Assembly: GCA_044222475.1 (NCBI GenBank)
Contig: JBGANF010000096.1
Location: forward strand, 1 to 32,174
Direction: 5' to 3'
DNA from: Polyangiaceae bacterium
Lineage (GTDB): Bacteria; Myxococcota_A; Polyangia; Polyangiales; Polyangiaceae
DNA length: 32,174 bases
The stretch's first letter is position 1. Each line of letters begins with the position of its first letter. The notes under the pieces were generated by a model. It made no database searches, was not told the origin of the DNA, and saw nothing but the letters and a program-made list of their open reading frames with translations. A program made the translations under genes and the position numbers. Positions 9,210 through 19,222 of the stretch are shown here, piece by piece.

Positions 9210-10376
9210 TCAGTCGCGCGATGCGCGATCCCAGCGATCGGCGATGACCTTGCTGGAGTCGTAGAGCCACGAGCGGATCTCGTCCTTTTCGACGCCGCTC
9301 CAGCGAGGCGCGTGGAGGCGCGCCATCACGCTGGCCTGCGCGCGAAGGACGTCTTCGCGGTCCTTCGAGCTCATCGCGACGAGATCGACCGACTTCTTCG
9401 CGAGGCGATTGCGCACGAGGAACCTCGCGCCGAGGACCTGCACGTAGAAGTAGTCGTCCTGGACGGTGGTCGACCACAGCGCCGTCTTCAGGACCGCGAG
9501 CCGCTGGTCCATTCCGAGCCACCTCGTCTGCCGCCCGAAGTCGACCGCCGGAGTCGCTGCCTCTTTGAGCTCGAGGATCGTCTCGCGTCCGCTTCGAGAG
9601 ACGAGCACCCAGAGGCGGCGGAGCCCTCCGCTGCCTCCGGACACGCGAGTGACCTTCGCGACGTCGAGTACGGTCGCCCCCGCGAGCCGCCAGTCGGTCT
9701 GCACGAGCGAGACGACCGCGGCGCGCTCGCTCGAGCTCGCCGCCGAGACCTCGCCGCCGAGGACGAGCTTCCCGTTCGCGACGCTCTGCGCGAGCTCGTC
9801 CTTGGCGACTTGGTCCCAGTCGGGGACGAGCGCGCCGTCGATCTCTTGCGCGCGCGAGAGGTCCTTCACGGTGTCGACGTACTGCTCGAGGACGTCTTTC
9901 GTGAGGGCCGAGTCGTCGAAGTAGAGGCGCAGGATCGCGAAGTAGCGAGCAGCGTCGAGCGCGACGGGGCAGTAGCCCGAGTCGTCGAGATCGTTGAAGA
10001 CGAACTTGGTTCGCCCGCCGATGCGGATGAACCCGAAGTTGTCGGGGTGCGGGTCACCGAAGCAGAGCCCCTCGCGCCCGATGATCTTCGCCGGCGCGAT
10101 CTGGAAGAGATCCGCGTGGTACGCGGCGGGGTACGAGCGCATGAACAGCACGCCGCTCTCGCGCGACGCGTCCCACTTGAGGGCGAACGCTTGCGACGAG
10201 ATCGCAGGCTGCGTCGAGCGGATGAACGTGCGGTCGAGCTTCAGCGTGAAGTCGCCGCTGGCGATCGGCTTGGCCTTGGCGACCAGCTCCTGCTCGCCCC
10301 GCGTGGAGGAGCCCGCGTCGGCGCCGCAGCCGACGAGCGCCAAGCCGAGCGCGAGGATGACGGCAGGGCGCGGCAT
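9210..10376 (-). CDS. DUF2252-like kinase-fold protein with lipoprotein signal
   Basis: MPRPAVILALGLALVGC lipobox; GDPHPDNFG, FNDLDD, GSGGLRR and LELKEA resemble DUF2252 motifs. Confidence 0.7.
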   Translation of the reverse strand: MPRPAVILALGLALVGCGADAGSSTRGEQELVAKAKPIASGDFTLKLDRTFIRSTQPAISSQAFALKWDASRESGVLFMRSYPAAYHADLFQIAPAKIIGREGLCFGDPHPDNFGFIRIGGRTKFVFNDLDDSGYCPVALDAARYFAILRLYFDDSALTKDVLEQYVDTVKDLSRAQEIDGALVPDWDQVAKDELAQSVANGKLVLGGEVSAASSSERAAVVSLVQTDWRLAGATVLDVAKVTRVSGGSGGLRRLWVLVSRSGRETILELKEAATPAVDFGRQTRWLGMDQRLAVLKTALWSTTVQDDYFYVQVLGARFLVRNRLAKKSVDLVAMSSKDREDVLRAQASVMARLHAPRWSGVEKDEIRSWLYDSSKVIADRWDRASRD

Positions 10377-10432
10377 GTCGGAGAACCACTTACATGCGTT
10401 CTCGACGGGCCGCAACCCTCTCCTGGCCGTTG

Positions 10433-12352
10433 TCAGGCGTTCTCTTCGAACTCGGCGTCGATGACGTCGCCCTTCTTGCCGCTGCCGTCTTTCGGCGGCG
10501 GGGGCGGAGCGTCTCCACCACCGGCGTCGGGACCACCAGGTCCACCCGGAGGCGGCGTCGCGCCGTACATGACGCTCGCGAGGCGGTGAGCCTCTTTCTC
10601 GAGCCGCTCGAGGCAGCTCGCGATCTTGTCGTCGTCCTGCTTCTCGACGGCTTCGCGACCTTCCTTGATGAGGCCCTCGAGCGTGCCGAGGTCGGTGCCT
10701 TGGAGCTTGTCCTTGTTCTCGGACAGCTGCTTCTCGAGCGTGTAGCAGAGGTTGTCGAGCTTGTTGCGACGCTCGACCTGCTCGCGGCGGAGCTTGTCCT
10801 CCGCCTCGTGCTCGGCGGCTTCCTTCACCATGCGCTCGATGTCGCCCTCCTTGAGGCCGGTGTTCGCGGTGATGGTGATCTTCTGATCCTTGCCCGTCGC
10901 CTGATCCTTGGCGGTGACCGAGAGGATGCCGTTCGCGTCGATGTCGAACGAGACCTCGACCTTGGGCACTCCGCGCGGCGCCGGCATGATCCCCTCGAGG
11001 TGGAACTTGCCGAGGGTGCGGTTGTAACGCGCCTCGGTGCGCTCGCCCTGGAGGACGTGGATCTCCACGCTGGGCTGGCTGTCGGTCGCCGTCGAGAAGA
11101 TCTCCTTCTTCTGCGTCGGGATCGTCGTGTTGCGCGGGATCATCGTCGTCATGACGCCGCCGAGCGTCTCGACACCGAGCGACAGCGGCGTGACGTCGAG
11201 GAGGACCATGTCCTTCACGTCGCCCGCGAGGACGCCGGCCTGAACCGCCGCGCCGATCGCGACGACCTCGTCCGGGTTGACGCCCATGTGCGGCTCTTTG
11301 CCGAAGAACTTCTTCACCGTCTCGCGGACGAGCGGCACGCGCGTCGAGCCGCCGACGAGGACGACCTCTTGGATGTCGCTCGCGGATTTCTTCGCGTCCT
11401 GGAGAGCCTTCTTGACCGGCTCCATGCTGCGCTCGACGAGCGGGCCCATCATCTGCTCGAGCTTGGAGCGCGAGAGGCGGAGGTCCAAGTGGACCGGGCC
11501 GCCGGGGCCGACGGTGATGAACGGCAGGTTGATGCCGGTCTCTTGCACGCTCGACAGCTCGATCTTGGCCTTCTCCGCCGCTTCCTTGAGGCGCTGGAGA
11601 GCCATCTTGTCCTTCGAGACGTCGATGCCGGAGCTCTTCTTGAACTCGGCCGCCATCCAGTCGATGACGAGGTTGTCGATGTCGTCGCCGCCGAGGTGCG
11701 TGTCGCCGTTGGTCGAGATGACCTGAACGACGTTGTCACCGACCTCGAGGATCGAGATGTCGAACGTGCCGCCGCCGAAGTCGTAGACGGCGATGATCTC
11801 GTCCTTCTTCTTGTCGAGACCGTACGCGAGCGCGGCCGCGGTCGGCTCGTTGACGATGCGCTTCACTTCGAGGCCAGCGATGCGGCCGGCGTCTTTCGTC
11901 GCCTGGCGCTGCGCGTCGTTGAAGTATGCGGGCACGGTGATGACCGCTTCCGTCACCTTCTCACCGAGGTAGTCCTCGGCAGCCTTCTTCAGCTTCTGCA
12001 AGACCTTCGCCGCCACTTCCTGGGGCGAGGTGATCTTGCCGCGAACGTCGAACGCGCTGTCGCCGTTGTTCTGACGCGCGACCTTGTAGGGCACTCGCTT
12101 GAGCTCGTCACCGACCTCTTCGAAGCGACGACCGATGAAGCGCTTCGAGCTGTAGATGGTGTTTTCGGGGTTCGTGACCGCCTGACGCTTCGCGATCTGT
12201 CCGACGAGGATCTCGCCCTTCTCGTCCCAAGCGACGACGCTCGGGGTGATGCGCGAGCCTTCTTCGTTGACGATCACCTTGGGCTCCCTGCCCTCCATGA
12301 TCGCGACGACGCTGTTCGTCGTTCCGAGATCGATGCCGATGATCTTGCCCAT
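10433..12352 (-). CDS. dnaK: Chaperone DnaK (Hsp70)
   Basis: [36 protein letters not shown] and C-terminal DAEFEE. Confidence 0.99.
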   Translation of the reverse strand: MGKIIGIDLGTTNSVVAIMEGREPKVIVNEEGSRITPSVVAWDEKGEILVGQIAKRQAVTNPENTIYSSKRFIGRRFEEVGDELKRVPYKVARQNNGDSAFDVRGKITSPQEVAAKVLQKLKKAAEDYLGEKVTEAVITVPAYFNDAQRQATKDAGRIAGLEVKRIVNEPTAAALAYGLDKKKDEIIAVYDFGGGTFDISILEVGDNVVQVISTNGDTHLGGDDIDNLVIDWMAAEFKKSSGIDVSKDKMALQRLKEAAEKAKIELSSVQETGINLPFITVGPGGPVHLDLRLSRSKLEQMMGPLVERSMEPVKKALQDAKKSASDIQEVVLVGGSTRVPLVRETVKKFFGKEPHMGVNPDEVVAIGAAVQAGVLAGDVKDMVLLDVTPLSLGVETLGGVMTTMIPRNTTIPTQKKEIFSTATDSQPSVEIHVLQGERTEARYNRTLGKFHLEGIMPAPRGVPKVEVSFDIDANGILSVTAKDQATGKDQKITITANTGLKEGDIERMVKEAAEHEAEDKLRREQVERRNKLDNLCYTLEKQLSENKDKLQGTDLGTLEGLIKEGREAVEKQDDDKIASCLERLEKEAHRLASVMYGATPPPGGPGGPDAGGGDAPPPPPKDGSGKKGDVIDAEFEENA

Positions 12353-12491
12353 GGTCGTGCCCGTAGCCTTTCTTTCGTGTTTTCGAAAATTCGGTGGACC
12401 TTACCCGAGGAGGACGCCCGTGCGGGGCCCCTTTTGGCCGCCCCGGGATGGTCGGGGTGACCTGCTCTCCTAGACTGTCGGTCGCAGGGCC

Positions 12492-12519
12492 AAGCTAATC
12501 AGCATGTTTCCGGCGTCAA
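12492..12519 (-). promoter_or_regulatory. Putative sigma70-type promoter of dnaK
   Basis: TTGACG-N16-TAGCTT on the minus strand, about 140 nt upstream of the ATG. Confidence 0.45.
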
Positions 12520-12634
12520 CCGGCGCCGAGGCCGCCCGGCACGAAAAGTGCTCTGGCTTTCTTGCCCGGATGTGGCCCCCGTCGTTGCCCGGGATCGGTC
12601 GCCCTGGTAGGTTAGGCGCGGATTCCTTCAGGTC

Positions 12635-13870
12635 TTGTCTGTGTCTGGTTCTCTCCCTCCCCCGCCGGACCTCCCCCGCTTCACCATCGAAGCCGAGGAG
12701 GCCGCGCAGCCCGTTCCCGCGGACGAACGCCATCGAGGCACCGGCCTCGTCGCGCACCCGCACGTGTTCGACTCCCACCGCATCGACGCGGACGCGGCCA
12801 AGGTCGTGCGCCGGCTCGAGCGGTCGGGCTTCCAGGCCTACCTCGTAGGCGGCTGCGTCCGCGACCTTCTCCTCGGCGGCAAGCCGAAGGACTTCGACAT
12901 CGCGACGAACGCGCGGCCCGAGGACATGCGCCAGATGTTCCGCAACTGCCGCATCATCGGGCGTCGGTTCCGCCTCGCCCACGTGCTCTTCGGCGGCGGC
13001 AAGGTCATCGAGGTGGCGACCTTCCGCGCGAAACCGCAGGACGCCCTCCACACGGAGCAGGAAGACATCGACGAGGATCTGCTGATCCGCAACGACAACG
13101 TCTTCGGCGAAGCCCACGAAGACGCGCTCCGACGCGACTTCACCATCAACGCGCTCTTCTACGATCTCGATCGGCGGCGCGTGCTCGACTGGTGCGGCGG
13201 GATGGAGCACATCGCGCGCCGCACGATCCAGACGATCGGTGATCCCGGCGTTCGCTTCCGCGAGGATCCGATCCGCATCTTGCGCGCCGTGAAGTTCGCC
13301 GGCCGCCTCGACCTCGGCATCGACCCGACGGTCTGGGACGCCATGGTGCAACACCGCGGTGAGCTCGCGAAGGCGGCTCGCCCGCGCATCTTCGAAGAGA
13401 TCCTGCGCCTCATGCGAGGTGGCGCCGCGCATCGTTCGTTCTGGATCCTCTGGGAGTCCGGTGCGCTCGCGGTGCTTCTACCCGAGCTCGCGGCCCTCCT
13501 CGACGACGAAGAGTCGAACCCCAAGGCGGTGCGTCGCTTCTGGCGCCGTCTGGACGAGATCGACCGCCGCACCAAGGCCGACGGCCCCCGCAACGACATC
13601 GTCCTCGTCTCGGCGCTCCTGCGAGAACCGCTGGAGGAGGCGCTCGACGGCGTGCGCGACAAAGGTCACGCCTTCGGCGAGTTCATCGATCCGATCATCC
13701 AGCGGGTCGCGGTTCCGCGCCGAATCGCGGACGCGATGCGACGCATCCTCGGCATGATGCCGAAGATCGTCGCGGGGCGCGCCGGGAAGTTCGCCAAGAG
13801 CGAGCTGATGCAGCCCGCCCTCGAGCTCCTCGAGATCGAGCGCGTCGCTCGCGCGTCGCGCTCGAAGTAG
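12635..13870 (+). CDS. pcnB: Poly(A) polymerase I
   Basis: LVGGCVRDLLLG..KDFDIAT, PAP-specific IIGRRFRLAHV, RRDFTINAL, EDPIRILRA. Start uncertain (TTG 12635 or GTG 12641). Confidence 0.92.
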   Translation: MSVSGSLPPPPDLPRFTIEAEEAAQPVPADERHRGTGLVAHPHVFDSHRIDADAAKVVRRLERSGFQAYLVGGCVRDLLLGGKPKDFDIATNARPEDMRQMFRNCRIIGRRFRLAHVLFGGGKVIEVATFRAKPQDALHTEQEDIDEDLLIRNDNVFGEAHEDALRRDFTINALFYDLDRRRVLDWCGGMEHIARRTIQTIGDPGVRFREDPIRILRAVKFAGRLDLGIDPTVWDAMVQHRGELAKAARPRIFEEILRLMRGGAAHRSFWILWESGALAVLLPELAALLDDEESNPKAVRRFWRRLDEIDRRTKADGPRNDIVLVSALLREPLEEALDGVRDKGHAFGEFIDPIIQRVAVPRRIADAMRRILGMMPKIVAGRAGKFAKSELMQPALELLEIERVARASRSK

Positions 13871-13874
13871 GGGC

Positions 13875-14243
13875 TCAATCGTCGTCGGGATCCGGGCCGG
13901 GACGCGGGGGCGGGGGCGCCGGCTCGGGCATGTTGGGCGCGGCTTCCATCACCCACTCGGCTTCTTGCTTGGTGACGACGCCGTCGCGGCAGGCCTCGAG
14001 GGTGCGGAGCTTGAGCTGGCTGATGCCAGACTCGATGTAGTCCTTCGGGCACTCCTTGACCCGCGCGCACGCCTGCCGGCGGGCGTCGATCAGCCGGTCG
14101 ATTCGGGCGCGAAACGAGTCGGCGGACATCGGGTATGGGCTCGGCGGGGGCGGCGGCTTCGGCGGCGGTTTGGGGTCGCCAAACGCCGTCGCCCCGGTGA
14201 GAGCCAACGCCAGAACGGTGGTGGTGAAGGCTAGGTGGCGCAT
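13875..14243 (-). CDS. Small secreted proline-rich protein at the end of the Tad pilin island
   Basis: Signal peptide (ATAFG), Pro-rich ends, three Cys; 1 nt downstream of the TadG-like stop. Confidence 0.7.
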   Translation of the reverse strand: MRHLAFTTTVLALALTGATAFGDPKPPPKPPPPPSPYPMSADSFRARIDRLIDARRQACARVKECPKDYIESGISQLKLRTLEACRDGVVTKQEAEWVMEAAPNMPEPAPPPPRPGPDPDDD

Positions 14244-14244
14244 G

Positions 14245-15858
14245 TCAGTGGATCATGGTGGGGACGAGGGTGTCGAAGCCGAGCATGCCCTTCACCTTGC
14301 CGTCGCCGTAGCTCTTGAGCTTCTTCCAGCCGTTCTCGACGGCCTTCTCCGCGACGGTGTCGCCATACTTCTCGCCATAGCTGCCGAAGAGCGGCTTGAT
14401 GGCGCTGACCACGGACTTGAATGCACCGGTGTCCTTCACGAAGTTCGTGACGAGACTGGTGAACCCGTCACCGAAGGCCGTGCCCGAGTAGTAGCCGAAG
14501 AGGTCGGACGCCCAGTTGACCGTGTTCACGCGGCGCATGCGTGCACGCCAGTTGAGGCGGTACATCGCGAGCTCCTTGTAGTTGCACTGCGCGTCTTCCC
14601 ACTTGCCGTCGCAGTCGAAGTAGAACTCCGCTTCGGAGACGTACATCGCGAAGCCGTTCTGGGTGACGTTCTGCTTGTCCCAGTTGAAGCCGTTGACGGA
14701 GACCTTCTTCTGAGCGCGCTCCTCGCGGTTGCCCGCGTAGACCGTGCCCCAGACCTGCATCCAGTCGTTGCCGTTCTCGGCGTAGGGGACCATGTGCTTC
14801 GGGCCGGGGTACTTCTCGGGATCGTCCCAGAAGCCGCTCGGGAAGCCGTTGTAGGGGCTGATGTCCTTCTTCGGACCGACGCCGAGGAACGCCCAGTAGA
14901 TGGCGTCTTCGAAGCCGGGGAACATGCCCTTCGCTCCGGTCACGCAGTACGACTTCTTGAACTGACCGGCGAGCAGGTTGACGATCATCGCAACGACGTC
15001 GCCCACGAGCGGGATGCCGATCTTGTCCTTGGCGAGAGCCGCGAGCTCGGCGCCAGCGATCGTGCAGAGCTCGTTCATCTTCTCGGTCTTGACGGGGAGG
15101 CCGAGGCGCTCGTCCTTCACGTCGTACTCCTTGCCGTCGTAGGTCCACTTGTTCTTGTTCGGGACGATGGCGGCCGGGATCATGGTGCCGCTGAGCGCGG
15201 TGCCGAGGCGGGCGGTGCCCCAGTCCTCGTACTTGTACGCCATGACCGACGCGGTGACCGCGCCCGCGTACGGGGCGGCGATCGCGATGATCTTCTGGGC
15301 CTCGCCAATCTTCGGCATGACCGGGACCATGATGTTGTCGCGGTATTTGGTGATGAGCGTCTTCAGGTTGCTGTGGATCGGCTGGACGATGCCGGCGATC
15401 GTGCAGAAGTAGCTCGCCACCGCGATGATCGGCTCCGTCGGAACGCCGAACGCGGCGAGCGCGGTACCGATGAGGTCGACTTCACCCGTGTGCCACTTGC
15501 ACTGCTTCGGCGCGGGCCAAGGCCATCCCCAGATGCGTTTGTTCGACCGGCCCGTGATCACGAGGATCAAGTCGAGCAGGTTGAAGACGAACGCCATCGC
15601 GAGATAGAGGACGGTCATCAAGAGGAGGACCATGTTCAGGAACGCGATGAGGTTCATCGCGCGACCTTGAACGGCGGCCGACGAGAACGCGGCTGCGTCC
15701 GACGCTTCTTGCGAGCGGTCGCGCCAGATCATGGCGTCCCCGAGGCCGATGAACTCCCAGGTGAGGCCGATCATGGCGCAGGCCATGAAGATGCCGATCA
15801 CCATGATGGCGCCTTGGTTGTCGCCGCCGAGGCTACGCTTCTGGTTGGCGGGGCTCAT
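14245..15858 (-). CDS. TadG-like large minor pilin / tip protein
   Basis: Prepilin-like QG/AIMVIGIF, then RDRSQEASDAAAFSSA typical of Tad N-domains. Confidence 0.75.
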   Translation of the reverse strand: MSPANQKRSLGGDNQGAIMVIGIFMACAMIGLTWEFIGLGDAMIWRDRSQEASDAAAFSSAAVQGRAMNLIAFLNMVLLLMTVLYLAMAFVFNLLDLILVITGRSNKRIWGWPWPAPKQCKWHTGEVDLIGTALAAFGVPTEPIIAVASYFCTIAGIVQPIHSNLKTLITKYRDNIMVPVMPKIGEAQKIIAIAAPYAGAVTASVMAYKYEDWGTARLGTALSGTMIPAAIVPNKNKWTYDGKEYDVKDERLGLPVKTEKMNELCTIAGAELAALAKDKIGIPLVGDVVAMIVNLLAGQFKKSYCVTGAKGMFPGFEDAIYWAFLGVGPKKDISPYNGFPSGFWDDPEKYPGPKHMVPYAENGNDWMQVWGTVYAGNREERAQKKVSVNGFNWDKQNVTQNGFAMYVSEAEFYFDCDGKWEDAQCNYKELAMYRLNWRARMRRVNTVNWASDLFGYYSGTAFGDGFTSLVTNFVKDTGAFKSVVSAIKPLFGSYGEKYGDTVAEKAVENGWKKLKSYGDGKVKGMLGFDTLVPTMIH

Positions 15859-16847
15859 TCCACGACCTCCTTCGTCGGCGCCTTCTCGACTGGGCCGAGC
15901 TCACCGATCGTGAGGACGGTGCGGCCTTCGTTGTCGGACGAGACGGAGAGCATCGACTGCGCTCCGTCGCGTTCGTACCAATGTCCCTTGCTGTTGCCGG
16001 CGACCGCCGCGGGGGGCTGGATGATCGCCCACTCCTGGGCGTCCATCTGCGCGTCGTATGCGGCGAGCGCTTGGTCGACGCTGTCGGTCGTGCGGTACAT
16101 GCGCACCGCGTAGATCGTGCCGGTGGCCGTCGCGGTGAGGATCCGCTGCGAGCGCTCCGGACGCGGGAGGCCGGCAGGATCGCTGCCGGGCGCGTCCGTG
16201 CCGTCCTCCGGCGGGATCACCTTGTCCATCTTGAAGGAGCCGTTCGTCCAGACGACCTGCACCGACGACTGCGCGCTTCCCTCGTCGCGCGACACGTGCA
16301 CGTAGCGCAGCCCGCCGATCGAGGCGAAGTCGTGCGTGGTGTTGAAGTCGTTGAGGGCCTCGAGGAAGTTCTTCGTCTTGGTGTTCTCGCTGCGGCGGAA
16401 GCAGAGGACGACGCCGTCGTTCTTGTCTTCCTTGCGCATCGTGTCGATGCCGGCGGTCGCCTCGCTCTTGGGCTTGATCGTCGAGTCGGCGACGTCGTCC
16501 CAGTCGATCCCCTTCATCGCCGGGTCGTCCGAGCAGTGCGCCGCGAACCGATCGAGGATCGTGGAGACACTCTCCTTCGACGTGGACTGCGAGAAGTAGA
16601 TGGGCTCGCCGTTGAGCTTTACCTCTTTGGTATCACCGAGGAGGTCGGCCACCTTCTCGAGCTCGCGCCCGAAGTGGAGGCTCCCTTCCTCGACGTTCGC
16701 CACGGCGTTGCGCGCCATCAGCGCGCTCAACCCGACGGCGACCACCGTGCCGTACGCGACGACGCGGGCCGAAGCCTTCGCCTTGATCCAAAGGGCTCCG
16801 CCCTGTTTCGTCTTTGCAGCTACCGCGAGTGCGAGCAAGAAGGACAT
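15855..16847 (-). CDS. Hypothetical membrane-anchored/exported protein in the Tad island
   Basis: Single N-terminal hydrophobic segment, coding-like codon bias, ATGA overlap with the next gene. Start uncertain. Confidence 0.7.
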   Translation of the reverse strand: MSFLLALAVAAKTKQGGALWIKAKASARVVAYGTVVAVGLSALMARNAVANVEEGSLHFGRELEKVADLLGDTKEVKLNGEPIYFSQSTSKESVSTILDRFAAHCSDDPAMKGIDWDDVADSTIKPKSEATAGIDTMRKEDKNDGVVLCFRRSENTKTKNFLEALNDFNTTHDFASIGGLRYVHVSRDEGSAQSSVQVVWTNGSFKMDKVIPPEDGTDAPGSDPAGLPRPERSQRILTATATGTIYAVRMYRTTDSVDQALAAYDAQMDAQEWAIIQPPAAVAGNSKGHWYERDGAQSMLSVSSDNEGRTVLTIGELGPVEKAPTKEVVE

Positions 16848-16857
16848 CGGGTACCCC

Positions 16858-17322
16858 TTAGAACTGGGAGAGCATGTCTTTGAAGTACGAGAACACGTTC
16901 ACGCCATGCGCTTCTTCGGTGCACACGACGGAGGACTTGCTGTGGATGACCTTGGTCTGCGGAACGCCGCTGCCGATCTTCGACGCGGTGAACCAGTAGG
17001 TGAACTGGCCCTCCGAGGTGGCGTTCGCCGTGAAGAGCGAGCTCTTCATCGCGCTCGGCTCCATGTCCGGCGTGCCGCTGCCCGACGAGTCGGCCGGGAA
17101 GTCCGCGGCGCCTTCGTTCGAACCGCCGGAGCAGCCGGTGACCGCGCTGTTGAAGGCGTCGTAGCGAGACTGGTTCACCGTCTGGAACTTCACCTCGTAC
17201 GTCTTGCCGACGTAGACCGAGGTCAGCCAGATGAACGCGAAGATCGGGGCGACGATCCCGGCTTCCGGAAGCGCGGCGCCGAGCTGGCGCAGACGACGAC
17301 GTAGAGTTCGTTTCATCATCAT
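16858..17322 (-). CDS. TadE-like pseudopilin
   Basis: Basic leader then G/AALPE (Glu +5) and a hydrophobic helix; AGGAG RBS. Confidence 0.75.
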   Translation of the reverse strand: MMMKRTLRRRLRQLGAALPEAGIVAPIFAFIWLTSVYVGKTYEVKFQTVNQSRYDAFNSAVTGCSGGSNEGAADFPADSSGSGTPDMEPSAMKSSLFTANATSEGQFTYWFTASKIGSGVPQTKVIHSKSSVVCTEEAHGVNVFSYFKDMLSQF

Positions 17323-17336
17323 GGTGCGCGCTCCTG

Positions 17337-17813
17337 TTATTCCAGCTTGTAGCGCGCACCCTGGTGGGGCATGCGCGCGGTGACGGTCCAGGTCCGGCTG
17401 CCGCTCGGACACATCATTCGCTTGCCGACCGGAACCTGGCAGGTGTAGGTCGCCTTCACGTTCACCGTGTCGGTGCCGTTGGGACCGGCGCCCTGCTGGC
17501 AGTCGACGTTCTGATTCAGCGCCAGCTCGGATCCGAGGAACGGCTGAAGAACGGTGCGAGCCGCCTTGTCGGCATCTTCCTTCGGGCCGTTCGCCTTGTC
17601 ACCGCCGGGGTTGATGTTGTCGCCGCCGACGTTGATGACCGCGCAAGCTCGCACCGCGACGTTCGCCGCGTGCCACGTCGCGAGACGGCACATCTCGAAG
17701 CGCGCGAACTGCGCGACGAACAGGAACATGGAAGCCACCGGCAGGAACGCGATCGCGAACTCCGCGAGCACCGCACCTTTTCGATTTCTGCTCAGCTTCT
17801 TCAGCTTCTTCAC
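17337..17813 (-). CDS. tadE: TadE family pseudopilin
   Basis: KG/AVLAEFA cleavage motif, AANVAVRACAV; GTG start with GGAGG RBS. Confidence 0.82.
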   Translation of the reverse strand: MKKLKKLSRNRKGAVLAEFAIAFLPVASMFLFVAQFARFEMCRLATWHAANVAVRACAVINVGGDNINPGGDKANGPKEDADKAARTVLQPFLGSELALNQNVDCQQGAGPNGTDTVNVKATYTCQVPVGKRMMCPSGSRTWTVTARMPHQGARYKLE

Positions 17814-17878
17814 GGGGCGCCCTCCAATCACTCAGAGTATCAACTAGTCCCGACCCATCAACGCGATCTACGCGCCGC

Positions 17879-18055
17879 TCAGGGGAACGGCGAAAGCAAC
17901 TGCGATCGAATCTCCATGTACTTGAGGTACTGCGCTCGACCGCCGGTCAGGAGCGCCGTTGCACCAGGCACGACGACGAACGCGAGGAGGAATGCGTATT
18001 CCACCATCACTGCACCGCGTCGGTCGCGTCGGAACTTCGAGGATTTCTTTCCCAT
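17879..18055 (-). CDS. flp: Flp family pilin (twin 1)
   Basis: RRG/AVMVEYAFLL Flp motif; 58 aa. Confidence 0.85.
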   Translation of the reverse strand: MGKKSSKFRRDRRGAVMVEYAFLLAFVVVPGATALLTGGRAQYLKYMEIRSQLLSPFP

Positions 18056-18366
18056 GACGGTATAAAATTCTATGCACATCGTAAGCCAATGGAATCCACG
18101 GACGAGGAACGGAATTTCCTCAATCCATTCGGCGTGTGGGTGCATGGACCACGCGCTTCCCGTTTAGTGGCAGGGCTGGATCGCCGACGTCCCAGGGTGG
18201 ATCTTTCGCCTATCGGGGAGTCGCAACGACACGTGCGATTCTCTGCGCTTGCGCGCACGATCGCCCACTCGGCTTTCGCCGGAGCTCCGCGATCCACCAG
18301 CAACGTGTGGGGCCTCGAGCGCGCTCTTCGGCGCGCGAGCTCCGCTTCACGTGGCTGGTTTGGCAT

Positions 18367-18906
18367 TCATTTTCTCCAGTGGATGTAGGCCGCCACCGCG
18401 GTGCCGATGAAGATCGGGGGCCCGAACCTGAACCACGTCAGAAGCGTCGGTTCGATCGGCCGCCGCTTCTTCTTCGGGAGAAGCGGATTGATGGCGAGCA
18501 GGGCAGTGTTCTTCAGCGTCCTGAAGAGCTTTCCTTCGTAAGCGAGTCGCGCAGGCGCCAGGAGCCCGGCGGCAAAGAAAGAGTACATTTCGGCTTCGAG
18601 ACCGTTCCTCCAACCGAGGATTGCGCCGAGCCCCGCGAGGAGCTTCACGTCACCCCCTCCGATCGCATCTTGCCGATAGAGGATGAGGGGAATGACGGCG
18701 CAAGCGAGAGCCCCAAAAAGCGCCGCGCCACCCGATTGGACAGCATCACTTGCGGATGCGCCATGGGCGGCGTCGTAGGCGGTGTGACCGATCACGCCGC
18801 CAAGGAGGGGCCCGAGAGTCAACCAGTTGGGAATCTCTCCGGTTCTCCAGTCGATGACGGCGGCAAGAAGGGCCACCGCAACCGCGGCACCGAGAAAGTA
18901 GATCAT
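18367..18906 (-). CDS. cpaA: A24 prepilin peptidase (CpaA/TadV)
   Basis: D(WRTGEIPN) and GGGDVKL aspartate motifs, FGPPI C-terminal motif. Confidence 0.92.
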   Translation of the reverse strand: MIYFLGAAVAVALLAAVIDWRTGEIPNWLTLGPLLGGVIGHTAYDAAHGASASDAVQSGGAALFGALACAVIPLILYRQDAIGGGDVKLLAGLGAILGWRNGLEAEMYSFFAAGLLAPARLAYEGKLFRTLKNTALLAINPLLPKKKRRPIEPTLLTWFRFGPPIFIGTAVAAYIHWRK

Positions 18907-19001
18907 GCCGTCAAACTATCACCACCCGCTCCGACGACTGCAGTGAAAAACCCAGGCGCCATGCACATGTGCATGACGCCTGGGGGAGCGGGGTCAGGCC
19001 G

Positions 19002-19169
19002 TCACTGGAACGCTTGCTGGGTCTTGTCGCCCGAGTCCTTAACCTTCGTACCGACCTGCTTGTAGATCGCAGCCGCGAGGACGAGGATCAAGAAGAGGAG
19101 GATGGCGTACTCGACCATCGTCGCGCCCTTGTTGTCCTTGAGAAGCTTGGTGAACTTGTTCGTCTTCAT
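19002..19169 (-). CDS. flp: Flp family pilin (probable major pilin)
   Basis: DNKG/ATMVEYAILL; 55 aa; strong AAGGAG RBS. Confidence 0.92.
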   Translation of the reverse strand: MKTNKFTKLLKDNKGATMVEYAILLFLILVLAAAIYKQVGTKVKDSGDKTQQAFQ

Positions 19170-19222
19170 GGTGTGACCGCTCCTTCGTGTTCTGTGGATT
19201 GAGTGAGTGTTGACCTTCCCAA

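Noticed and set aside
10394..12460. 688-aa ORF antisense to dnaK
   Set aside because: Antisense frames opposite hsp70 genes are common in GC-rich genomes; nothing indicates expression.
12468..12555. CIRCE element upstream of dnaK
   Set aside because: Only a degenerate left arm (TTGGCCCTG); no matching right arm at N9.
18150..18230. c-di-GMP-I riboswitch upstream of flp twin 1
   Set aside because: GCGAAAG and GGGACG fragments are present, but the GCAAA motifs and paired stems cannot be built.
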